Shown: in pieces, positions 19,508 to 29,691 of the stretch
How the letters are laid out: every line of letters begins with the position of its first letter
Numbering within the stretch: the first letter of the stretch is position 1
IMG/VR virus record: IMGVR_UViG_3300046808_001301
DNA length: 64,000 nucleotides
Reading direction: 5' to 3' (one strand)
Source of the DNA: a virus
Program-made: the position numbers and the translations under genes
The notes under the pieces: model-generated
What the model was told of the DNA's origin: nothing
Seen by the model: the letters and a program-made list of their open reading frames with translations, nothing else
Database searches by the model: none

Positions 19508-20839
19508 ATGGCAATAAAATATCAAATACTGTCAGCTGCTTCTGCTGTTTTGTTTTTTTTATTTTATGTACGGTTTTGGGTGTCTATAAAAAAAATTATC
19601 TTGCCGTCATACGACAAGTTCAAAGAGCTTTTTTTCTACTACAGATTTCGAGAATACACAATTGGTGACCGTCGAACCCAACTATTACTATTTGCGGAAT
19701 ACGTTAAATCTGATGCACTAAATTTAAAAGATTTTTTAGTCACAAAACTATCTAAAGAAAAAACGTATGTTCCCTCAAATTTTAATGCATATGATTTGTT
19801 ACGTTTTTGGAAGACTAAAATAAACAAAGCAACTATCTTTAAATTAAAAACACTAGAACGAGAAGGCATACAAAAGCCTAATTTTAATTTAGGCAAAACA
19901 TACAATCATTTTTACGTATTCGGAATTAAAAAATTTCAGGATTTATATTATTTAGTAGACACTGTTATTTCCTGTTGTTTGTCTAGCAATGAACCGCTTT
20001 GGAATAGTTTAACAGAAAGTTTTGATGTAGACGTTTTAAAAAAAGCCAGACTTTCGATTGAAAAATCTTCACTATCTCGCAAAAAATTGTTTTTTTTACT
20101 AAGCCCGTTTATTTTAAAATATAAAAAGACAAAAAAACAAAAAGATTTAAAAAAAGTAGTAGATAAATTTATTTCGTTAACATCAACAACAAATTTAAAA
20201 GAAGTTAAACTATTGTTAAGTGGGTTACAACACTTTGCTCACAATGAGTTAATATACGACTCTATTAAATTTAAACTGCAAAACGGAGAATTGAGAGATA
20301 TTTTTGACAATGAAACCACAGGATGTTGTTCTCTAGCTCCAACTGGTCCTTATTGGGACCAATATTATAGTGCAATGGATTATCTAACCAATAAAAGCGT
20401 AGCACTACTGCACATTAAGCCTCATAAAAATGATATTGAATTTTTTTTGTTAGGAGTGGTGTTTTTAGGGCTATGTAAAACTCAAAAAAACGAACGCGTG
20501 CTGCTAATAGATTCTTTAGAAGCCGCTCAATGGTTTCCGTATAACAAATTTGTAAATTTAAACGCCATCCACCATTGTTGTCTAAATTCAATCAAACAAA
20601 TAGCAACTGAAATGAACGTCAAACACTTGTTTTTTTGTTCAAAGGTTGTAAATTTTACCGCGAAGGAATTTATAAAATTCATAAAGAAAACTTATAAATT
20701 AAACAACAACCCTGACAAGTTGTATTTAGAGCTTCTAGATTGCAAAAATCCTATTTATTTAGATGCATTTTATGACGGTTGCAATCCAATCAGGATTCCG
20801 AAAGGAATTGCTACTGGATATTCTGTTTACATTTCTTAA
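19508..20839 (+). CDS. Hypothetical protein with an N-terminal membrane anchor
   Basis: Hydrophobic residues 6-27; long, very AT-rich ORF. Confidence 0.6.
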   Translation: MAIKYQILSAASAVLFFLFYVRFWVSIKKIILPSYDKFKELFFYYRFREYTIGDRRTQLLLFAEYVKSDALNLKDFLVTKLSKEKTYVPSNFNAYDLLRFWKTKINKATIFKLKTLEREGIQKPNFNLGKTYNHFYVFGIKKFQDLYYLVDTVISCCLSSNEPLWNSLTESFDVDVLKKARLSIEKSSLSRKKLFFLLSPFILKYKKTKKQKDLKKVVDKFISLTSTTNLKEVKLLLSGLQHFAHNELIYDSIKFKLQNGELRDIFDNETTGCCSLAPTGPYWDQYYSAMDYLTNKSVALLHIKPHKNDIEFFLLGVVFLGLCKTQKNERVLLIDSLEAAQWFPYNKFVNLNAIHHCCLNSIKQIATEMNVKHLFFCSKVVNFTAKEFIKFIKKTYKLNNNPDKLYLELLDCKNPIYLDAFYDGCNPIRIPKGIATGYSVYIS

Positions 20840-20860
20840 TTTTTGTTGTAAATAAGCTCT

Positions 20861-22075
20861 ATGTCAATGACTGTACCAATGGGAATCCCACACATACCCG
20901 GCGCTCCTCACGGCCTTCCTCCAGGAATTCCGTTTCAAAACTATCCATCTTCTCGGAGTCTGCCGCCTCCGGAAATTCCTGGAGAAGGATTAAAAAGAGC
21001 AATCACATATCTAGCTGATTATGGAGGATGTGGATATTATCGGTGTATGGCTCCCAATTCTCTTTTAAATTTGCATCAAAAAGCGTGCATCATTGAGTCA
21101 ACAGCTATGATTCTTGATCCAAGGTTTTATCAAACCGTTCAAGCTGTCAAATTACAAAGACAAGCCACTCCTCATCAAAAACAATTTGTTCAATTTTTGA
21201 AAGAAATTTCAAAACAAATTAACACAAAGCTAATATATGAAGTGGACGATGTGGTGTTTAGAGAAGATATTCCTTTGTATAACAGAAATCGAGACGCGTT
21301 TGTGTCCGATGAAATCAGAAATTCCATTTTAGAAATTATGTCTATGATGGACGAAATTACTGTAACTTGTGATTACTTTAGAGACTATCTTATCGATAAA
21401 ACAGGAAATAAAAATGTAACAACCGTTCCAAATTATCTGCAAAAGTGGTGGTTTGATCGCTATTACAATTTGGGAGATTTAATTAAAAAGTTTGAAAAAA
21501 ATAAGAAAAAACCAATAGTAGCTATTTTTGCTTCAGGCACTCACATAGACGTGGCAAATAGAGTTAATCAAAAGGATGATTTTGAAACAGTAGTTCCCTA
21601 TATTATTAAAACGAGAACTGAGTTTGAGTGGCATTTTTACGGATCCTTCCCTCTAGCAGTAAAGCCATACATTGATCGAGGAGAAATGAAGTATTTTCCG
21701 TGGGTCTCTTTGCCTAATTTTGCAGAAACTATGGCTAATTCGGGAGCTCAATTAACATTTGCTGCTTTGCAAGACAATACATTTAATCGTTGCAAATCCA
21801 ACATTAAGTTGATCGAAGCAGGAGCAATTGGACTGCCTTGTGTTTGTCCTGATATGGTAACATATAAAGACGCTTTTTTGAAATACAAAACAGGAGAAGA
21901 ATTTATTGATTGCATTAAAACGGTCACAAAAAATCAAAGCGTTTATGCTGAACATTGCAAAAAAGCCCGATCCCATACGGAAAAATTTTGGTTAGACGAC
22001 GAACATAATTTAATGAAACATCACGAGGTATATTTTACTCCGTTTGGTTCCAAGGAAAGAAAATATTTGCGTTGA
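20861..22075 (+). CDS. GT-B fold glycosyltransferase (GT4-like)
   Basis: DYGGCGYYR, YEVDD and NTFNRCKSNIKLIEAGAIGLP motifs; TAAATA 6 nt upstream. Confidence 0.8.
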   Translation: MSMTVPMGIPHIPGAPHGLPPGIPFQNYPSSRSLPPPEIPGEGLKRAITYLADYGGCGYYRCMAPNSLLNLHQKACIIESTAMILDPRFYQTVQAVKLQRQATPHQKQFVQFLKEISKQINTKLIYEVDDVVFREDIPLYNRNRDAFVSDEIRNSILEIMSMMDEITVTCDYFRDYLIDKTGNKNVTTVPNYLQKWWFDRYYNLGDLIKKFEKNKKKPIVAIFASGTHIDVANRVNQKDDFETVVPYIIKTRTEFEWHFYGSFPLAVKPYIDRGEMKYFPWVSLPNFAETMANSGAQLTFAALQDNTFNRCKSNIKLIEAGAIGLPCVCPDMVTYKDAFLKYKTGEEFIDCIKTVTKNQSVYAEHCKKARSHTEKFWLDDEHNLMKHHEVYFTPFGSKERKYLR

Positions 22076-22099
22076 CCTTCCGTATTATTGTAGTACGTT
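22072..22099 (+). promoter_or_regulatory. Promoter TTGACC-N16-TACGTT upstream of DNA polymerase
   Basis: ATG 22108 is 8 nt after the -10 box. Confidence 0.6.
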
Positions 22100-22107
22100 A
22101 TGCGTAG

Positions 22108-24660
22108 ATGTATAGATCTGCTACCTACAATCCGTTTAACGAGTCTGTGTTTTTACGTACATGGACGGAATCTGGCGATAGAATTGATACAGAAATACCA
22201 TTTCGTCCTTACCTTTTTTTAGAGAAGGATAATGCAAAAGACGCTGTATCAATATTTAAAACTTCTCTAGTAAAGAAGACCTTTCGCAACAGCATTGACA
22301 GGAGAAAGTTTGTTGACAGCACTGCAAATAATCGCCTATTTCATAATCTCGGGCCCGAACAGCAATTTTTGATTGAGATGTTTAAAGATCGAAACAACGA
22401 TCTAACATTTTCTCAGTTTCCATTAAAGATATTTCTGTTAGACATTGAGGTAGACACCACAATGGATTCTTCGTTTCCGACTCCAGAAAGAGCAGCTGTA
22501 CCAATCAATCTCATTACGGTTTATGATACGTTAACTAAAACTACTCACACTTGGGGATTAAAAGAGCGATACGAAAGCAAGTCGCTCAATTGCGTTTATC
22601 ATTGTTGCAAAACAGAAGAGGATCTTATATTACAATTTGTAGATTTTTGGAAAACGGATTATCCAGACATTGCGTCAGGTTGGAATAGTAGCGGGTTTGA
22701 CTTTCCATATATTATAAATAGATTTGTTAAATTGTTTGGGGCAGACTTTATTAACCAACTTTCCCCTGTAGGAAACATTAGAAGCAGAAAGTTTTTTAAC
22801 GAAATGGGCAGAGAGGTTACCGAATGGTACATTTCTGGTATTGCTTTAATTGACTATATGGTTTTATACAAAACCTTTTCGCCTGGGGAGAAAGAATCAT
22901 TTAGTTTAAATTATATTTCTGAGCTCGAACTTGGGGAAGGAAAAACAGCGTACAATGCAATGAGTTTAGGGGAACTAGCTCACACAGACTGGAAAACGTT
23001 TGTTGATTACAACATCCAAGACGTTCACTTGTTAGTAAAACTTGAAGAAAAACTAAAGTTTTTGGAAATTGCTAGAATGCTGTCATACAAAGGATGCACC
23101 AATTTCGAATCGGCCTTAGGTAAAGTATCAATTGTTACGGGAGCTGTTGCAATACAAGCTCACAAACAAGGTTATGTTATTCCTACGTTTACTAACAAAT
23201 TAGATAGAGAATCTTACGAAGGAGGCTTTGTAAGAGAACCAGAAAAAGGAATACAAAAAGCAATTGTAAGCTTTGACGTAAATTCACTTTACCCAAACAC
23301 AATTATCACACTAAACATTTCTCCGGAAACCAAATTAGGGAAAGTAGTTACAGGAGAATTTGGCGTAACTCCTGAAGTAACTATCAAACTCGTTAACGGC
23401 AAACTTCACACTCTTTCTACAGACGCTCTAAAGCAATTTCTTAAAACTGAGCAAGTTTCTATATCAAAAGCTGGCGTAATGTATTCTCAGAAAGCAAAGG
23501 GGGTAATTCCTAATCTTATCGATCAGATTTATAAAGAGCGTGTTGACACAAAAGAAGCATTGCTAAAGCTCAAAAAAACAGGCAAGAAGGATAAAGAAAC
23601 TCAGTTAAAGTTAACTTACTACAACACTCTTCAGTATACATTGAAAATTTTGCTGAATTCTATTTACGGAACGTTTGCAAACAAGCACTCTTCCTTAATG
23701 GACATTGATCACGCTATGTCCATTACTGTTACGGGTCAAAACGTATCAAAGGCTGGAGGATATATCTTGGATGATTTTGTAAACAAAAAGTACGGAGTCA
23801 AAGGTTCAATTACAAAATACGGAGACACAGACAGCTTATATGTATCAATAAATCCAGTACTAACGTCATTAAATATTCCGTTAACAGTTGACGGACAAAT
23901 AAATCCAACGGTTCATGATATCGTTAACGAACTAGATAAACATGTTAACGAAGAAATATTAAATTGGGCAAGAAAAGAGCTATTTTCCAATGATCCTCGT
24001 TACGTGTTTAAGCGAGAAGTTATTTCAGACGTAGGAATATTTCTTCAAAAGAAGCGTTACATATTGCACGTGTTAGATGAAGAGGGCGTTCCACTTGACA
24101 AATTTAAATACACTGGCATTGAGTTAGTTCGATCGACTACTCCCAAAAAAGTAAAAGCGTTTATTGAAGATGTTATTAAAACTTCGTTGCTAACAGAAAA
24201 CATAAAAACTTCAAACGACGTATATCGTTCGTGTTACGACAAGTTCCAGCAATTGGATCCAAACGACATAGCAGCAAGAACGTCTATAAACAATCTCGAA
24301 AAGTACGCGCAGGGAGCTTCTTTATACAAGTACAAAAAAGGAACTCCCTCTCACGTGAAGGGAGCAATTGCATACAATTTATTGATCAAGGAACTCAAAA
24401 TAGATGACAAATATGAAGAAATTCAGACCGGTCAAAAAGTAAAAAAATTATATTGTTCTAAAAATAAATACGGACTAGATGCAATATCTTATCCTGCAAT
24501 CTTTCCAGCTGAATTTTCTTTAAATGTTGATTTTGATCGCATGTTCAACAAACTTGTAACTCAACCGATCGAACGGTTGTATGACGCGATTGGATGGAGG
24601 CTTCCTGTTATAGGCAAAGAAATTCAAACAGATCTATTTGATTTGTTCTCCGACAACTAA
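22108..24660 (+). CDS. 43: Family B DNA polymerase gp43
   Basis: Exonuclease motifs DIE, GWNSSGFDFPY and YNIQD; polymerase motifs SFDVNSLYP, KILLNSIYG, YGDTDS and KKRY. Confidence 0.97.
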   Translation: MYRSATYNPFNESVFLRTWTESGDRIDTEIPFRPYLFLEKDNAKDAVSIFKTSLVKKTFRNSIDRRKFVDSTANNRLFHNLGPEQQFLIEMFKDRNNDLTFSQFPLKIFLLDIEVDTTMDSSFPTPERAAVPINLITVYDTLTKTTHTWGLKERYESKSLNCVYHCCKTEEDLILQFVDFWKTDYPDIASGWNSSGFDFPYIINRFVKLFGADFINQLSPVGNIRSRKFFNEMGREVTEWYISGIALIDYMVLYKTFSPGEKESFSLNYISELELGEGKTAYNAMSLGELAHTDWKTFVDYNIQDVHLLVKLEEKLKFLEIARMLSYKGCTNFESALGKVSIVTGAVAIQAHKQGYVIPTFTNKLDRESYEGGFVREPEKGIQKAIVSFDVNSLYPNTIITLNISPETKLGKVVTGEFGVTPEVTIKLVNGKLHTLSTDALKQFLKTEQVSISKAGVMYSQKAKGVIPNLIDQIYKERVDTKEALLKLKKTGKKDKETQLKLTYYNTLQYTLKILLNSIYGTFANKHSSLMDIDHAMSITVTGQNVSKAGGYILDDFVNKKYGVKGSITKYGDTDSLYVSINPVLTSLNIPLTVDGQINPTVHDIVNELDKHVNEEILNWARKELFSNDPRYVFKREVISDVGIFLQKKRYILHVLDEEGVPLDKFKYTGIELVRSTTPKKVKAFIEDVIKTSLLTENIKTSNDVYRSCYDKFQQLDPNDIAARTSINNLEKYAQGASLYKYKKGTPSHVKGAIAYNLLIKELKIDDKYEEIQTGQKVKKLYCSKNKYGLDAISYPAIFPAEFSLNVDFDRMFNKLVTQPIERLYDAIGWRLPVIGKEIQTDLFDLFSDN

Positions 24661-24668
24661 ATAAATGT

Positions 24669-24944
24669 ATGTACGGCTCAGAACAATTGTTTCAGCAGCT
24701 TTCATACAAGGATTTATACTTTACATTAAAAAGTATAACAGAAGAAGATAGCAATTTAGTTGATTGCATTGTCGACGACGTTGTTGGAGATTTTATATAC
24801 TTACTAGAAGTGTACGATCTCGTTTGGATCACTTCTGACGATAGAATTTTACTTACATCAAAAGGAGAAAAAATTATTCAGCATTTAATTATACCTGTTG
24901 AATTAACAAAATTATCAAGTAAGTTAAATTATAAAAAATTATGA
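24669..24944 (+). CDS. Hypothetical protein (winged-helix-like end LTSKGE)
   Basis: ATG 5 nt after TAAATA (24658-24663). Confidence 0.6.
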   Translation: MYGSEQLFQQLSYKDLYFTLKSITEEDSNLVDCIVDDVVGDFIYLLEVYDLVWITSDDRILLTSKGEKIIQHLIIPVELTKLSSKLNYKKL

Positions 24945-25303
24945 GCAACACAACAACACAACCCACAGTATTCCTTGATACCATTGGCAGAACAATCATT
25001 GGAAATATTGTTTCAGAAACAGACACAACCATTTCCGTTAAAAATCCGGCTTTGGTTGCTGTACAAGCAAACCCTCAAACAAATCAACTGCAATTGCAAA
25101 TTTTGCCGTTGTTCTTTAAAGAATTTCTGGCATCTCAGACAGATTCTACTGTTTGGGTGTATAAGAAAAACCTTATTACTACCGCTGAGCCAGTCAATTT
25201 TAACGCTCAATTTGTCCTTCAGTATAATCAACTGTTTGCTCCTCCTGCTACTCAAGGAGAGCCAAGCGTTGTTAAGCTGTTTGACGACGAAGAAAAGAAG
25301 TAA
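24941..25303 (+). CDS. Hypothetical protein
   Basis: Preceded by TTGAAT-N16-TAAGTT (24898-24925) and followed by a terminator. Confidence 0.7.
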   Translation: MSNTTTQPTVFLDTIGRTIIGNIVSETDTTISVKNPALVAVQANPQTNQLQLQILPLFFKEFLASQTDSTVWVYKKNLITTAEPVNFNAQFVLQYNQLFAPPATQGEPSVVKLFDDEEKK

Positions 25304-25323
25304 ACAAAAAAAAGTTAAAGTTC

Positions 25324-25352
25324 AAAGGGGGAGCAATTGCTCCCCCTTTTTT
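25324..25352 (+). terminator. Intrinsic terminator AAAGGGGGAGC-AATT-GCTCCCCCTTTTTT
   Basis: Perfect 26-bp palindrome followed by a T-run. Confidence 0.85.
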
Positions 25353-25395
25353 ATTGCTGTTGAAAATTCCTAAACATATAGGAGGATATATGGGC

Positions 25396-26475
25396 ATGAG
25401 CAATCTAAAAGACATATTCGGCGACGTAGATAAATTAAACCCCGATGGCGGAATTCTTGATGATTCCACAATTTCAACTCCTTCTGATTGGATTGATACT
25501 GGGTCAAAAGCATTAAACGCTATCATTTCTGGTTCCCTATATAAAGGTGTGCCTGTAGGAAGAATTACAGGATTTGCTGGCCCATCTGGAGCAGGCAAAA
25601 CTCTTATTATCAACAAAGTGCTGGCCAACGCTCAAAAGAAGGGGTATATAGCTGTCATTTGGGATTCTGAAGTAGCTGTAGATAAACAAAGTGCAAAAAA
25701 CGTGGGGATGGACTTAAAGAAAACAAAATATTATCCAGTTGAAACAATTGAGGATTGCCGAAATCAAATTTCAACTTTCTTGGACAACGTCATTGCTGCA
25801 AACGATCCAGATCTCAAGTTCATTATCTCGATTGATTCACTTGGTAACCTTGCTTCTTCAAAAGAAATCGAAGATGCCCGTAAAGGGAAAGACGCAGCAG
25901 ATGTCGGTCAAAGAGCCAAAGCAACAAAAAGTATGATGAGATCAATTACTTACAAAGCTGCTAAAGCCGGAGTTCCAATTCTTTTTTCAAATCACATTTA
26001 TGAAGGTATGGAAATGTTTCCTTCGTTGATTAAGAATCAAGCTGGCGGCAAAGGTCCAATTTATTTAGCCTCTGTGCTAGTACAACTAGCAACCCGTAAT
26101 GAAAAAGTTTCTGAAAATCCTGAAGAGCAATCCATAGCTATAGCAAATAACGTTTCAGGAGTTACGATGAGTGCCATGACAGTAAAAAACCGTATAGTTC
26201 CGCCTTTTCTCAAAACAGAGCTGTATCTTAACTTTAAGACAGGACTTGATATAAATACTGGTTTGTTTGATTTGGCGTTAGCATTAGGAGTGATCGTACA
26301 ATCAGGCAAAACATATCAATTCGAAGGAGAGAGTGTTGGCTACCGTAAAAACATCGAAAAAGATCCTCAATTTTGGGAAAAGGTGTCTCCTATTCTTGAA
26401 GAAAAATTAAAAGAAGAACTTCGCTACGGAGCTGTTGATTCTGACGAAGCAACAGACGAAGGTGACAACGAATGA
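25396..26475 (+). CDS. uvsX: RecA-like recombinase UvsX
   Basis: WIDTGSKALN, GPSGAGKT, WDSE, IDSLG and GGKG motifs. Start is 25390 or 25396. Confidence 0.95.
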   Translation: MSNLKDIFGDVDKLNPDGGILDDSTISTPSDWIDTGSKALNAIISGSLYKGVPVGRITGFAGPSGAGKTLIINKVLANAQKKGYIAVIWDSEVAVDKQSAKNVGMDLKKTKYYPVETIEDCRNQISTFLDNVIAANDPDLKFIISIDSLGNLASSKEIEDARKGKDAADVGQRAKATKSMMRSITYKAAKAGVPILFSNHIYEGMEMFPSLIKNQAGGKGPIYLASVLVQLATRNEKVSENPEEQSIAIANNVSGVTMSAMTVKNRIVPPFLKTELYLNFKTGLDINTGLFDLALALGVIVQSGKTYQFEGESVGYRKNIEKDPQFWEKVSPILEEKLKEELRYGAVDSDEATDEGDNE

Positions 26476-27830
26476 GCAAACTCGCAAATCCACACAAGCT
26501 TGACTTAGACTATTTTGAAACAATTCTTCTTTATAATGCATTAAGCAATCCGGAGTATTTGAGTTCGATTGTTTCTCATATCGATCCTTTGTTGTTTAAC
26601 GACAAAAACGTAGGAAAAATAATTGAAAAAATTGGAACGTTTTTTAATGAGCGAGGAACAGTACCAACTGTTGCTGAATTAAAAGCTCGCATTACTTCAG
26701 AAGAAGACAAAAAAGCTTTAGCAGAAGTCAAACAAAAGTTAGGAAACGTTCAAGGACCGTTTAACAAAGACGAGTTAATTTTAAATACAGAAAAGTTTCT
26801 CAAAGAACGTTTTATATATAAAACAATATTAAATGTCGCAGAGAAGTTTTCTGATCAATCGTTTTCCATTGAAGAAACGCTAGTAGATTTTGAGAAAGCG
26901 TACAACATTACTCTTCATGAAGATTTAGGCCATTGGTACTTTGAAGATATTGACAAGCACGTCAAAGAACTCATTGCGATATATAATCCCGTTCCAACTG
27001 GATGGAAGTTTTTTGACGATAAAACGGAAGGTGGTTTATTTCCAAAAACTCTTACTGTTTTTGCTGGTCAAGTCAACGTAGGCAAATCAATCGTTCTCGG
27101 AAATATTGCAACCAACATGCTTTTGGCTGACAAAAACGTGCTGCTGATTTCTTTGGAAATGTCTGAGTTTATGTACGCAAAAAGAATTAGTACGCAACTA
27201 ACTCAGATTCCACACGGAGACTTGAAAACCTTTACAGACGAGCTAAAGGAACAAGTTAAACACATACAGAAAAATATAAATTCTAAATTGGTAGTAAAAG
27301 AATATCCACCTAAAACAGTAACAGTTAGACAAATTGATGGGTTCATTACAAAGTTAGCTCACAAAGGGTTTAAACCAGATATAGTCGTAGTGGACTATAT
27401 TAACCTAATTCAACCTGTTTCTAAAAACCTAAATTCTTACGAATATGTCAAGGAAATTTCTGAGCAGCTCAGAGCATTAGCATTTAAGTACAAAATACCT
27501 TTCGTATCAGCAACTCAGCTTAATAGAGGAGCTTTTAACACAGCTTCTCCGGGAATGGAAGGTATTTCTGAAAGCATTGGACTAGCTGCAACATGCGATG
27601 TAATCTGTTCGTTGTGGCAAGAAGAAGAAGACAGAGAATTGGGAATTATTAATATGGGAATGCAAAAAAACAGATTCGGTCCCAACTTTGGTAATGGAGC
27701 GTTTAAATGTAATTATAATACTCTCACGCTCAAAGAAACGAACAAAGATTACTTTGAGCCCGACGATTCTTCTGAAGATGTTGTCAACAACGCTAGTAAC
27801 GCTTTAAGTAAACTAACAAATGACGAGTGA
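26472..27830 (+). CDS. 41: Replicative DnaB-like helicase gp41
   Basis: GQVNVGKS, ISLEM, KEYPP, VDY, SATQLNR, ISES and KNRFG motifs. Confidence 0.95.
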   Translation: MSKLANPHKLDLDYFETILLYNALSNPEYLSSIVSHIDPLLFNDKNVGKIIEKIGTFFNERGTVPTVAELKARITSEEDKKALAEVKQKLGNVQGPFNKDELILNTEKFLKERFIYKTILNVAEKFSDQSFSIEETLVDFEKAYNITLHEDLGHWYFEDIDKHVKELIAIYNPVPTGWKFFDDKTEGGLFPKTLTVFAGQVNVGKSIVLGNIATNMLLADKNVLLISLEMSEFMYAKRISTQLTQIPHGDLKTFTDELKEQVKHIQKNINSKLVVKEYPPKTVTVRQIDGFITKLAHKGFKPDIVVVDYINLIQPVSKNLNSYEYVKEISEQLRALAFKYKIPFVSATQLNRGAFNTASPGMEGISESIGLAATCDVICSLWQEEEDRELGIINMGMQKNRFGPNFGNGAFKCNYNTLTLKETNKDYFEPDDSSEDVVNNASNALSKLTNDE

Positions 27831-28704
27831 ACCAACAGTATTTTTTCACAAAGATCTAGACGGCATAGTTTCTTATTTGGTATTGTGTTGGGCTTTAGGA
27901 AAGAAGCTCAAATATATAGCCACTACTCCGATGAAATTGGAGCAAGACTTTGATGAATGGTGCAGTAAAAACAATGCTCCGTCTTTTTTCTTAGATTTAG
28001 ATGTATCAAAAATAGGAGCCAAGATCGATAAAAACACAACAATTGTTTTTGATCACCATAAGACTAATTTGTACAATTTTGCAAACGCTAAAACGCGTAT
28101 TTACAACGAAACCTCTTGTGCAAAATTGTTGTACGATTACTTCTTTAAAAACAAACCGGAAAAAACTACTAATTCTCAAAAAACACTAGTAGCTCTTGCT
28201 GATGATTGGGACTCAAATACAAAAGCCACTCCTTTGTCAGAGGATTTAAACATAGTGTACCACTCTCTTACAAACAAAGTCGAGTCATTTATAGAAGATT
28301 ATTACAAAGGGTTTTTTGCGTTTGATAAGTTTAAATTAAACACAATTCTTTTATACAAAAAACACAGACAAGAATATCTCAACAAACTCAATCCATTTTT
28401 TGGTAATATTGAATTTGAAGCCAACAAAGTGTTTGTTGGAGCAGTATTTTGCAACAAGTATGTCCAAGAATGTTGCGATTTTTTATTCAAACAATATAAT
28501 GTAGACGTTTCTATTGCTGTGATTATTGACCAAAAACGAATTGCTGTTAGACGGCATCCCAACAATACCACAATTGATGTATCAAAGTTCGTTCAAAGAA
28601 TTGCTAACGGAGGAGGACATGAAGCAGCTGCGGGAGGCAATCTTACAGAAGAATTTATGGAGTTTACCAAAATGTTGAAGCCTCAACATTCGGACGTTAA
28701 TTAA
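27820..28704 (+). CDS. DHH/DHHA1 phosphoesterase
   Basis: HKDLDG, FDHH, DDWD and GGGH..AAG motifs. Confidence 0.85.
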   Translation: MTSEPTVFFHKDLDGIVSYLVLCWALGKKLKYIATTPMKLEQDFDEWCSKNNAPSFFLDLDVSKIGAKIDKNTTIVFDHHKTNLYNFANAKTRIYNETSCAKLLYDYFFKNKPEKTTNSQKTLVALADDWDSNTKATPLSEDLNIVYHSLTNKVESFIEDYYKGFFAFDKFKLNTILLYKKHRQEYLNKLNPFFGNIEFEANKVFVGAVFCNKYVQECCDFLFKQYNVDVSIAVIIDQKRIAVRRHPNNTTIDVSKFVQRIANGGGHEAAAGGNLTEEFMEFTKMLKPQHSDVN

Positions 28705-28708
28705 CCGA

Positions 28709-29047
28709 ATGAGTAAAAACGTATTTGCTGAATTAGGAAGCCCTGATTCTCTTCCTGTCAACCGAATACTTTCACAAGATTTTATTGAAGGGTTGAACAA
28801 AGCTGGCGCGTTGTTTTCAATGCTAGAAAACAAAAAAATAAACGCAACTGGGTTGTTCGGACTGTTGTTAGAAACCCCTTGCTATCAAGATTTTTTTGTC
28901 GAAATAACGGCTTCTGAAGATTTTAGAGATTCGATTCTTTCGTTGTTGTATTTGTATCCTTCTATTGTAAAATCTAAGATTACTAAAGCAACCATACGTA
29001 AGTTAAATGCAAAAAACTCTAACAGAATTAGAAAAATTACTTTATAA
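28709..29047 (+). CDS. Hypothetical protein
   Basis: ORF within the replication operon. Confidence 0.6.
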   Translation: MSKNVFAELGSPDSLPVNRILSQDFIEGLNKAGALFSMLENKKINATGLFGLLLETPCYQDFFVEITASEDFRDSILSLLYLYPSIVKSKITKATIRKLNAKNSNRIRKITL

Positions 29048-29687
29048 CAAGCACTTAATTGTTTCGAGATCTTTAAAAAACAAACCGTTTAAAGTCAAAA
29101 AAACATTCGACGATATTATAGATACAGATAAACACAAATATTTGACTCGTTTATCTACTCTTTTTAAAAAACACCCTGAGATTAATCCTGACACGTTCTT
29201 CCAGGCTCCATATAAATTGTATCCAGATGTTGCTTATTTTGGACTTGATTACTTTTCAACTATGCGCGCAGTTAAGGCGTATACTACTTACAAAAAGACT
29301 ATTTTTTTACAAGATCCCGACAATCAAATAGACGACATTAAAAATTCTTTGGAATTTATAGTGAAATTTTGTGTAACAAACAAAATTTATTTGCATCAAT
29401 ACCCATTTCATCGCAACTCTGATGTATATACTTGGATGACACACTATAAAGAAAATAAAATTAACATTTATTCTGTAATGGAATTTTCTGATGTCTATTC
29501 GTCAGTGCAAAGTCTAGCAGAAGATGTACGAAAATTTTTTATTAGTGATTTTGTTGAGCAATTTAAAAACCTGTATATGCTCTATACTAAATCCCAAGTA
29601 CTAAAACCATACATGCAAAAGGCAATCCCACAATTAAACAATTTTATCAACAAACAGTTGACAAACCCAAAACATAATATAGACTAA
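29007..29687 (+). CDS. Hypothetical protein, possible gp59-type helicase loader
   Basis: Size (~226 aa), basic helical composition and position directly upstream of gp32, as for T4 gene 59. No diagnostic motif recognised. Confidence 0.4.
   Translation: MQKTLTELEKLLYNKHLIVSRSLKNKPFKVKKTFDDIIDTDKHKYLTRLSTLFKKHPEINPDTFFQAPYKLYPDVAYFGLDYFSTMRAVKAYTTYKKTIFLQDPDNQIDDIKNSLEFIVKFCVTNKIYLHQYPFHRNSDVYTWMTHYKENKINIYSVMEFSDVYSSVQSLAEDVRKFFISDFVEQFKNLYMLYTKSQVLKPYMQKAIPQLNNFINKQLTNPKHNID
29658..29685 (+). promoter_or_regulatory. Promoter TTGACA-N16-TAGACT upstream of gp32
   Basis: ATG 29692 is 6 nt after the -10 box. Confidence 0.7.
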
Positions 29688-29691
29688 ACAT

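Noticed and set aside
25381-25385. GGAGG as a Shine-Dalgarno for uvsX
   Set aside because: It coincides with the -10 position (GAGGAT) of TTGAAA-N16, and SD motifs are otherwise absent. It cannot be fully excluded.
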